Below are positions 1 through 6,259 of a stretch of 54,341 nucleotides of DNA, piece by piece. Position numbers and translations under genes: made by a program. Each line of letters begins with the position of its first letter. Position 1 is the first letter of the stretch. The DNA is taken from assembly GCA_039795875.1 (NCBI GenBank), contig JBDKKY010000002.1, positions 1 to 54,341 of the forward strand, given 5' to 3'. The notes under the pieces are model-generated. The model was not told the DNA's origin. It searched no databases and saw nothing but the letters and a program-made list of their open reading frames with translations. Source of the stretch: Candidatus Parcubacteria bacterium. GTDB taxonomy: Bacteria > Patescibacteriota > Minisyncoccia > Phycocordibacterales > CAIZLB01.

Positions 1-207
1 CCAAGATTTTGAAAATCTCGAAGTTTGAGTAGGGGAATGGTACGTCCCAAGTGAATGTTCGGACTGGTTGGGTCAATACCAAGTTTAATACGAAGAGGTG
101 TCCCTTCTTTCAACTTTTTCTCTAGCTCATTTTTGTGAATAATCTCATCTACACCGCGATTGAGGAGTGTATCTATGAGTTGTTGTATGTTTGCAGGTTG
201 AGTCATG
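1..207 (-). CDS. tyrS: tyrosyl-tRNA synthetase, N-terminal part (gene runs off the window start)
   Basis: Not in the ORF track. My translation of the reverse strand from the ATG at 207-205 is [68 protein letters not shown]. The GIDPT...IHLG block is the class-I HIGH region, in the position typical of TyrRS N-termini. Confidence 0.7.
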
Positions 208-264
208 TACATAAGTATGTCGGGTTTTTGATTGTGTGGCAAGGGTATTTTGAGGGTTTTATAG

Positions 265-292
265 TTGACAATACAGCTAAATATGATATAAT
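265..292 (+). promoter_or_regulatory. sigma70-like promoter (TTGACA, 16 nt, TATAAT) for G+C-rich cassette 1
   Basis: ttgaca at 265-270 and tataat at 287-292. This predicts a ~120-nt leader before the ATG at 422. Confidence 0.5.
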
Positions 293-421
293 ATTTCCAG
301 CACTTTGAGATGCGTTTCTGTGATACCAGAAGACATTTTTGCCTCTAATTATTGGAGTTAAAGACGTCTTCTGGATTTGGTTGCCATAGTGGCAGCTGAT
401 ACACAGGGACACCCAAACGAA

Positions 422-1207
422 ATGAGCAAAAGAATCGTAAACATCCCAGTTAATCCCAACCGCAGTTATGAAGCGGTGCGAGTGCACGCTCTCATACGCT
501 TAGCCCGGACTATTCCAGGGCCGTGCAGTCTCCAGTTTATTGAACCAGGCGGTGATAACTTCGCTATTCTGGACCAAGGTGCGATGGCCTCAATCGACGC
601 AGAATCTTTGTTGGCGATGAGTCTCGAAAAACAATATGTTCCCTCTGAATCCCAACTCCTTGCTGCCTCCATTATCGCAAACGCACTTAAACATGCCTGG
701 ACCAGGCCAGATCCAATGGATGCTCTCAGGCGTCTCCGGGGCATTTTGAAGACGACCCCGCACATCGGTCTGATCGGTGAGATTACTCGCGCTAACGGGT
801 TCGTCGACAGTCATCATTCCCCTATCGTCGAGAAGCATCTACTGACAGGGGATACAGGAACTGGTCGCATCTGTTGGAGCATAAACCGCGAAGGGTTAAT
901 CCAGATACGTGTCGCCCGCGGCACTGAAGTCGCCGGAGATCGGGTCACCATCCTGATGATAGAGACTAAAGTTCTGGAGAACATGATTATTGATCCCGGA
1001 TTTTCAGTCTCAAGACACAATGCTGGGACGGCCCTGGAAATCCGACATCTGGAAGCTGCCGCCCCCATCCTCGCAGCCTTGCTCAGTCAATCGTCTCTCT
1101 GTGGTCACCCGGTTGATACTGATGACGCTCTTGGTCGGCTCGTTATGAAACTCCCCAAAGACCCAGAAGGTGAAGCGCTCAGGCAGGAAGTATGGGCTAC
1201 ATCCTAA
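422..1207 (+). CDS. orphan hypothetical protein, G+C-rich cassette 1 (alternative TTG start at 377)
   Basis: Frame stays open for ~830 nt in a locally G+C-rich segment, which is too long to be chance at this composition. Amino-acid composition is protein-like. No family motif recognised and no Shine-Dalgarno seen. The stop TAA at 1205-1207 abuts the 65-bp repeat. Confidence 0.6.
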   Translation: MSKRIVNIPVNPNRSYEAVRVHALIRLARTIPGPCSLQFIEPGGDNFAILDQGAMASIDAESLLAMSLEKQYVPSESQLLAASIIANALKHAWTRPDPMDALRRLRGILKTTPHIGLIGEITRANGFVDSHHSPIVEKHLLTGDTGTGRICWSINREGLIQIRVARGTEVAGDRVTILMIETKVLENMIIDPGFSVSRHNAGTALEIRHLEAAAPILAALLSQSSLCGHPVDTDDALGRLVMKLPKDPEGEALRQEVWATS

Positions 1208-1272
1208 GAGGTTCGAATCCTCACCCAACCCTATCAGGTTAAGAAGTGCCCGCGACTTCTTCTCCTGGTGGG
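1208..1272 (+). repeat. 65-bp module copy 1: tRNA 3-prime-fragment look-alike plus terminator stem
   Basis: gaggttcgaatcctcacccaaccctatcaggttaagaagtgcccgcgacttcttctcctggtggg. It matches 1834-1898 at 64 of 65 positions. It contains GAGG-TTCGAAT-CCTC (T-arm-like) followed by ACCCAACC-C (acceptor 3-prime-strand-like). Confidence 0.85.
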
Positions 1273-1281
1273 ATTTTTTTT
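1230..1281 (+). terminator. intrinsic terminator of cassette 1
   Basis: Stem CCUAU-CAGG-(UU)-AAGAAGU, loop GCCCGCG, then ACUUCUU-(CU)-CCUG-GUGGG, followed by a run of 8 T (1274-1281). Confidence 0.7.
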
Positions 1282-1282
1282 A

Positions 1283-1310
1283 TTTAAAATCTTAGATTGA
1301 TAAATATAAT
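1283..1310 (+). promoter_or_regulatory. candidate promoter for cassette 2 (TTTAAA, 16 nt, TATAAT)
   Basis: tttaaa at 1283-1288 and tataat at 1305-1310. An overlapping alternative is TTGATA 1297-1302, 17 nt, TATTGT 1320-1325. The context is AT-rich, so this could be fortuitous. Confidence 0.3.
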
Positions 1311-1365
1311 AATGAATGGTATTGTAACTTTCGTAATCCCGTTAAACCCCAGCCCCTTTTTTACT

Positions 1366-1728
1366 ATGAAAAATCGCTTCCCATATTATCTGGTTCTGAC
1401 CGTGGGTCACACTCAAGCCCGTGAGGATGGAATTCCTTGCCGCTTTTGCATGACTCTGACAATCGGAACGTTTGCTACCGACTTTTTAATCGCTGTCAGT
1501 CCATTTGGCGATATTAATGATCAAGGCGTGGTCGAACCATACATGCATTTGGAAACCTCGATGCTCGAACGTCGCGGTCTCATCACGAAAGCCGGTGAAC
1601 GTTTCCTGATTGACCTGTTCCGTCGGAACATCTATGGGAAGGAAGGTGTAACAGCCGCCTTCTTTCCGTTGATTGAAGGACAGTCCTTACCGCTCTTCTT
1701 GCCTCGTCAATTTGATGAGGTGGCCTAA
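1366..1728 (+). CDS. orphan hypothetical protein, cassette 2 (the ORF track extends it to 1297)
   Basis: The ATG at 1366 gives MKNRFPYYLVLTVGHTQAREDG... (120 aa). Composition is moderately G+C-rich. No recognisable motif and no Shine-Dalgarno. Confidence 0.5.
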   Translation: MKNRFPYYLVLTVGHTQAREDGIPCRFCMTLTIGTFATDFLIAVSPFGDINDQGVVEPYMHLETSMLERRGLITKAGERFLIDLFRRNIYGKEGVTAAFFPLIEGQSLPLFLPRQFDEVA

Positions 1729-1833
1729 TCCCAACCCCTCCAGAACCACATGGCCAAATCTAAGAAAACACCTGTCAAAAAGAAAACCTGGACCACCATG
1801 AAGGTCCAGCCCAAAAAGAAGTGAAATACTTCG

Positions 1834-1898
1834 GAGGTTCGAATCCTCACCCAACCCCATCAGGTTAAGAAGTGCCCGCGACTTCTTCTCCTGGTGGG
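1834..1898 (+). repeat. 65-bp module copy 2: tRNA 3-prime-fragment look-alike plus terminator stem
   Basis: Same 65 bp as 1208-1272, lying 626 bp downstream. The only difference is C at 1858 versus T at 1232. Confidence 0.85.
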
Positions 1899-1903
1899 TT
1901 TTT
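1856..1903 (+). terminator. intrinsic terminator of cassette 2
   Basis: Same long stem-loop as copy 1, followed by TTTTT (1899-1903). Confidence 0.7.
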
Positions 1904-2053
1904 CATTATATTTTATTTTAACTTTTCTTAAGGTTTTGTATGGCTCCTGTGTTTTATACTATACACATGAAAAATATTACCATTTCTCCCACCCCAAAAT
2001 TACAACACATTTTTTCTCGTGACAGGCCATCGGGATGGGAATATACTACCCGT

Positions 2054-2308
2054 ATGACCCCTAAGCTGAAGCAGATTATCAAAGAAGTAAAAAAACTTTC
2101 TGGAGAGGAGAGGGAGATTTTGACCAGCGTTATTTCAAGCATAGAATTGGCCGAAGTCTCAGAACCGGTTGAGGAGATCGAGGCGGCTTGGAATGAAGAA
2201 ATGATGCGGCGATTGAAGGAAATAGACGAGGGAAAAGTAAAGATGCTGAGCGAAGCGGAGTGGGATGCTACAATTGCCAAAAATCGTGCAAAATATAATC
2301 GTATCTAA
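2054..2308 (+). CDS. antitoxin-like 'addiction module component' protein (partner of RelE/ParE-type toxins)
   Basis: MTPKLKQIIKEVKKLSGEEREILTSVISSIEL...EIEAAWNEEMMRRLKEIDEGKVK. The L-S-x-E-E-R, acidic linker, AW-x-x-E and R-R-x-x-E-I/D-x-G pattern matches the small addiction-module antitoxin family. The ORF track start at 1940 is probably too far upstream. Confidence 0.6.
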   Translation: MTPKLKQIIKEVKKLSGEEREILTSVISSIELAEVSEPVEEIEAAWNEEMMRRLKEIDEGKVKMLSEAEWDATIAKNRAKYNRI

Positions 2309-2350
2309 GCCATATTCCTCAGTATTCATCCTGAGGCCTCAGAAGAAGGT

Positions 2351-2614
2351 TTGTGCACAGCAAGATATTATTACCAGCTTAGTTCAGAGCTAGGTGGTGA
2401 TTTTGATCATAAGCTAGAATCTCCTAAGGGTCTCATAAAAACAAATCCATATTTGTATCAAATTGGTAGGCTTAAAATTCGTAGAGTTGTACTCAGACGT
2501 TTTACGGAAAACTATATTGCCTATATTATCCGCCCAGGTGAAGTGTTTGTCTTGGCTGTGGGCCACGCCAAACGTCATCCGCTATACTTTAAGGAACACC
2601 TTAAAATAAGCTGA
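2351..2614 (+). CDS. RelE/ParE-family toxin (start codon uncertain, possibly N-terminally decayed)
   Basis: The C-terminal block IRRVVLRRFTENYIAYIIRPGEVFVLAVGHAKRHP is typical of ParE/RelE toxins. Toxin-like sequence (IFLSIHPEASEEGL..ARYYY) continues upstream in frame to the antitoxin stop, with no ATG. The only listed start is TTG at 2351. Confidence 0.55.
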   Translation: MCTARYYYQLSSELGGDFDHKLESPKGLIKTNPYLYQIGRLKIRRVVLRRFTENYIAYIIRPGEVFVLAVGHAKRHPLYFKEHLKIS

Positions 2615-2645
2615 AAATCCCCCTAATCTGTGCTAATATCAAAAA

Positions 2646-4385
2646 ATGAAAAACAATGAACCCATAGAGCATATTCGGCACTCACTCGCACACCTTTTGG
2701 CCGCTGCGGTATTGGATTTGTATCCAACAGCACAGGTGACGATTGGTCCGGCTATCGAAGATGGGTTTTACTATGATATCGACATGCCAAAGATTGGAGA
2801 TGATGATTTAAAGACTATCGAGGCAAAGATGAAAGAGATTCTGCCCACATGGACTTCCTTTGAAAAAATGGACGTTGATGTAGATTTTGCTCGTGATCAT
2901 TTTAAAAATAACCCTTACAAGATTGAGTTAATCAACGAGATTGTTGCTCGAGGGGAACAGATTACTTTGTACAAATCAGGAAACTTTATCGACCTATGTC
3001 GGGGAGGTCATGTTGAGGATATGAAAAATGTAGATCCTGAGTCATTTACTCTGACAAAGATCGCTGGAGCGTATTGGAGAGGTAATGAAAAGAATAAAAT
3101 GCTCACTCGTATTTATGGTTTTGCTTTTGAAAATAAAGTGGCTCTTGAGGCACATATGAATATGCTGGAAGAAGCCAAGAAGCGAGATCATAAAAAATTA
3201 GGAAAAGAATTGGGATTGTTTACATTCTCAGAGCTCGTTGGTCCAGGTCTTCCACTATGGACTCCAAAAGGTACCGTCCTTCGAGAGTCATTGAATGATT
3301 TTGTTATGTCACTTCGTGCCAAATATGGATATCAAAAAGTTTCTATTCCCCATATCACTAAAAAAGATCTGTATGAGAAATCAGGTCACTGGGCAAAATA
3401 CCAAGATGATTTATTTAAGATCGAGACACGAGAAAAACATGTGTATGTGATGAAGCCGATGAACTGCCCTCATCACACTCAGATTTTTGATTCAGAAATG
3501 CGAAGTTACCGAGATATGCCGCAACGATATTGTGAAACTACAGCTGTATATCGAGATGAGCAATCAGGAGAATTGTCAGGCCTTTCTCGAGTGCTTTGTA
3601 TTACACAAGATGATGCGCATGTATTCTGTCGAGTAAGTCAGATCAATGAAGAAGTAGAAAGTGTGTGGAATATTATTAATGAATTTTATGGAACATTCGG
3701 ATTTACCGAGATCATTCCTCGATGGTCACGGAGAGACCCAGAAACCCCAGAGAAGTATCTAGGGGATACAGGTAACTGGGATATTGCAGAAGAGACATTA
3801 AAAAATGTTATTTCGTCTCACACAAAGAATTGGATTGATGGTCCTGGAGAAGCAGCTTTTTACGGTCCAAAGATCGACTTCATGGCCAAAGATGCTCTTG
3901 GACGAAAACACCAAGTCGCAACTATTCAACTAGACTTTGTACAGCCATCACGATTTGAACTTACCTGCGTAAATGAGAAGGGAGAGAAGGAGGGTGTTGT
4001 AATGTTGCACGTAGCTATCATGGGATCTATTGAGCGATTCTTAAGTGTTGTGATCGAGCACTATGCTGGAGTATTTCCAACATGGCTTTCACCAGTGCAA
4101 GTCAAAGTTGTGCCGATCGGAGATAGACAAGGAGATTTTGCTCATGATGTATACACAGAATTGAAAAATGCAGGTATTCGTGCCGAGATTGATCAATCAA
4201 GTGAAAGTCTAGGCAAGAAAGTTCGGAATGCCAAAACAGAAAAGATTCCATATGTGATGGTGATTGGAGATAAGGAGATGGCATCAGGTGAGATGAGTCT
4301 CGAAGGACGAACAGAGAAGTTAGATCCAAAAACTATCTCAGATGTTATCGCGTTTCTAAAGAAGGAGATTGAGGAGAAGAAGTAA
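2646..4385 (+). CDS. thrS: threonyl-tRNA synthetase (no N-terminal TGS domain)
   Basis: 579 aa. It starts at the HSLAHLLAAAV editing-domain motif and has a class-II core (MNCPHHTQIF, RVLCITQDDAHVF) and an anticodon-binding C-terminus. Confidence 0.95.
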   Translation: MKNNEPIEHIRHSLAHLLAAAVLDLYPTAQVTIGPAIEDGFYYDIDMPKIGDDDLKTIEAKMKEILPTWTSFEKMDVDVDFARDHFKNNPYKIELINEIVARGEQITLYKSGNFIDLCRGGHVEDMKNVDPESFTLTKIAGAYWRGNEKNKMLTRIYGFAFENKVALEAHMNMLEEAKKRDHKKLGKELGLFTFSELVGPGLPLWTPKGTVLRESLNDFVMSLRAKYGYQKVSIPHITKKDLYEKSGHWAKYQDDLFKIETREKHVYVMKPMNCPHHTQIFDSEMRSYRDMPQRYCETTAVYRDEQSGELSGLSRVLCITQDDAHVFCRVSQINEEVESVWNIINEFYGTFGFTEIIPRWSRRDPETPEKYLGDTGNWDIAEETLKNVISSHTKNWIDGPGEAAFYGPKIDFMAKDALGRKHQVATIQLDFVQPSRFELTCVNEKGEKEGVVMLHVAIMGSIERFLSVVIEHYAGVFPTWLSPVQVKVVPIGDRQGDFAHDVYTELKNAGIRAEIDQSSESLGKKVRNAKTEKIPYVMVIGDKEMASGEMSLEGRTEKLDPKTISDVIAFLKKEIEEKK

Positions 4386-4386
4386 T

Positions 4387-4659
4387 ATGAAAAAATGGAT
4401 ATCAAATATTCTCATAGCTGTAAATGTTATACAGATTATTTGGATTCTAATATTATTAGTTGTTTATGGTTGGTATGTATATATGCCGTATTTAGTTATC
4501 CACGGCATATTTATCATACTAAGCATCATTGGATTTCTATCCACTGGTGGTTTTGGAAGAACTTCGAAGTTAACATTTTTCTTACTTGTGCTTCCTTTGG
4601 TATATTGTGGTGCGACTCTCTATTTCATCGTTGGTTATAAAATGGGGTTCATATATTAG
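4387..4659 (+). CDS. small integral membrane protein
   Basis: The ATG at 4387 gives MKKWISNILIAVNVIQIIWILILLVVYG..., with three hydrophobic spans. No family recognised. Confidence 0.5.
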   Translation: MKKWISNILIAVNVIQIIWILILLVVYGWYVYMPYLVIHGIFIILSIIGFLSTGGFGRTSKLTFFLLVLPLVYCGATLYFIVGYKMGFIY

Positions 4660-4682
4660 TCTATCCATGCTATATTCGTCTC

Positions 4683-5915
4683 ATGTCTTCGAGACCTCTC
4701 TCCTTTACTATCAAACACAAATCTACAAAATCACGTGCTCGGACAGGTGTGATTAAAACACCACATGGAGATATACAAACTCCAGCTTTTGTTCCTGTGG
4801 GAACTAAAGCAACCATAAAAGGTTTAACCCCAGAGATGGTTGTTTCGCTTGGTGCAGATTGTATTCTGGCAAACACCTATCATTTATATTTGCAACCTGG
4901 TCACGATATTATAAAAAAGCACGGAGGCCTTGGGAAGTTTATGGGTTGGAGTGGTCCCACATTTACCGACTCAGGTGGATTCCAGGCGTTTTCTCTTGGT
5001 GTTGCGCTTGGAAAAAATATCACTAAGTTCACCTCAAAAGCTCGACCTGGATATGACGAAATTGCTATTCAAAAGACTGGTCATAAAGCTGATCCAGATG
5101 CGCCCGCACTTCAGCCAGCCAAAGTAGATGAGCAAGGAGTGATGTTTCGATCTATTATCGATGGAAGCGCTCATTATTTTACACCAACAAAATCTATAGA
5201 AATTCAACAGGCGATCGGTGCCGACATTATGTTTGCATTTGATGAATGTACATCACCTCACGAACCAGTTGAATATCAAAAACGATCACTTGATAGAACC
5301 CACCGATGGGCGATGGAATCTCTAAAGACTCATGTTGATAATCCTGAATCATTTTCAAAGCAAGCTCTGTTTGGAATCATACAAGGCGGACGTCATGAAG
5401 AATTACGCAAAGAAAGTGCAAAAATCATTGCTGAGATGCAATACAACGGAGTCGAGTTTGATGGTTTTGGTATTGGTGGATCATTCGCCAAAGAAGATAT
5501 GATGACAGCGGTAGCTTGGGTCAATGAAATACTTCCAGAAAACAAACCTCGTCACTTACTCGGCATCGGTGAGCCTGCCGACATTGTCATGGCGGTTAAA
5601 GAGGGTTGTGACACATTTGATTGTGTGATGCCAACTCGAAATGCTCGGACAGGAACTGTCTTTATGCGAGATGACTTAGCTGAGTTTGGTTATACAAATC
5701 TGAATATGAGAAATGCCCAGTATGTCGAAGATATGAAGCCAATCGATGCACAATGCGAATGCTATACTTGTAAAAAATATACACGAAGTTATCTGGCCCA
5801 TCTATATCGAGCGCAAGAAATGTTGGCCGGAACTTTGGCTTCAATTCACAACCTGCAGTTCATGATCGATTTTGTAAAAAGACTTCGAGAAAGTATTGAA
5901 AGAGGGGAGATCTAG
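4683..5915 (+). CDS. tgt: queuine tRNA-ribosyltransferase
   Basis: RARTGVIKTPHGDIQTPAFVPVGT, LANTYHLYLQPG, TDSGGFQ, FDCVMPTRNAR and the zinc motif CECYTCKKYTRSYLAHL. Confidence 0.95.
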   Translation: MSSRPLSFTIKHKSTKSRARTGVIKTPHGDIQTPAFVPVGTKATIKGLTPEMVVSLGADCILANTYHLYLQPGHDIIKKHGGLGKFMGWSGPTFTDSGGFQAFSLGVALGKNITKFTSKARPGYDEIAIQKTGHKADPDAPALQPAKVDEQGVMFRSIIDGSAHYFTPTKSIEIQQAIGADIMFAFDECTSPHEPVEYQKRSLDRTHRWAMESLKTHVDNPESFSKQALFGIIQGGRHEELRKESAKIIAEMQYNGVEFDGFGIGGSFAKEDMMTAVAWVNEILPENKPRHLLGIGEPADIVMAVKEGCDTFDCVMPTRNARTGTVFMRDDLAEFGYTNLNMRNAQYVEDMKPIDAQCECYTCKKYTRSYLAHLYRAQEMLAGTLASIHNLQFMIDFVKRLRESIERGEI

Positions 5916-5998
5916 TGGCTGCGACCGTAGGCCTGATAAACATGAGGTGGTGAAGGAAAGCCTTGTGTTTTCCGAAAACGAACGAATGTTTATTATAT

Positions 5999-6186
5999 AA
6001 AAAAGAACCCATGGCGCCGGGACTTCGTGTGTGTAGCTTAAAGAGCAACGAAGGGGGGAGCGCACATGGGTTGCGTGTCGCGAAGGAGCTGATTCGCTCG
6101 GTTCCCGGGATGTAAAACAGAAAACCATCCGGGGAATTTGACTTCGACCAAAAAGGCACACGCTTTCCGCTCAAGGGTCTGTCTAG
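5999..6186 (-). ncRNA. orphan small RNA gene (~186 nt), identity unknown
   Basis: On the minus strand, a promoter TTGACA (6220-6215), 17 nt, TATTAT (6197-6192). Then a G+C-rich, ORF-poor body with several hairpins, for example UUCCCCGGAUG...CAUCCCGGGAA. A terminator hairpin (6026-6005) is followed by U6 (6004-5999). Confidence 0.45.
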
Positions 6187-6191
6187 AGTGC

Positions 6192-6220
6192 ATAATATGC
6201 TATTTTGGCATATTTGTCAA
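6192..6220 (-). promoter_or_regulatory. near-consensus sigma70 promoter of the orphan sRNA
   Basis: The plus strand reads ataata at 6192-6197 and tgtcaa at 6215-6220. On the minus strand this is TTGACA, N17, TATTAT. Confidence 0.5.
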
Positions 6221-6259
6221 GGCCCAGAAATGTGCATAAAAAACAGCCTTGTACATTGT

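Noticed and set aside
203-1228. Minus-strand ORFs overlapping cassette 1: 203-487, 466-765, 590-838, 814-1068 and 1010-1228.
   Set aside because: These are short, mutually overlapping frames typical of stop-poor G+C-rich DNA opposite a real gene. They have no start context and no motifs.
1155-1231. An intact tRNA gene ending at the T-arm/acceptor-like sequence. The same question applies to 1780-1857.
   Set aside because: There is no GGTTGGG acceptor 5-prime strand, D-arm or anticodon arm upstream of either copy. Similarity between the copies begins only inside the T-stem.
1208-1272. An integron attC site. ACCCAAC fits the inverse core RYYYAAC, and the module is an imperfect hairpin following a cassette ORF.
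   Set aside because: There is no GTTRRRY core site at the distal end (it reads GGTGGG followed by a T-run). There is no intI integrase or attI in the window. The hairpin plus T-run is better explained as an intrinsic terminator. I keep this only as a remote analogy.
1726-2353. Stop-codon reassignment (TAA read as sense). This is suggested by two in-frame ORF pairs separated by a single TAA, at 1726-1728 and 2306-2308.
   Set aside because: Many clearly complete housekeeping genes here end in TAA (for example thrS and pheS), as well as in TAG and TGA. Standard code 11 fits. Two same-frame neighbours can occur by chance.
5841-6174. Two ~105-aa minus-strand ORFs in the tgt-dnaE spacer.
   Set aside because: They overlap each other in different frames and have Arg/Ser/Pro-rich nonsense-like composition. 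They coincide with the structured G+C-rich sRNA candidate.
5916-6190. RNase P RNA on the plus strand. GAAGGAAAGCC at about 5953 resembles the GAGGAAAGUCC P4 motif. GGAGCGCAC resembles the AGAGCGCAC block. GGAAAGC can pair with GCTTTCC at about 6160.
   Set aside because: The region is too short. It lacks the ACAGAA-CCGGCUUA 3-prime consensus and most conserved regions. An AT-rich stretch with a minus-strand terminator splits it. The promoter and terminator geometry supports a ~186-nt minus-strand RNA instead. Only a covariance-model search could settle this.
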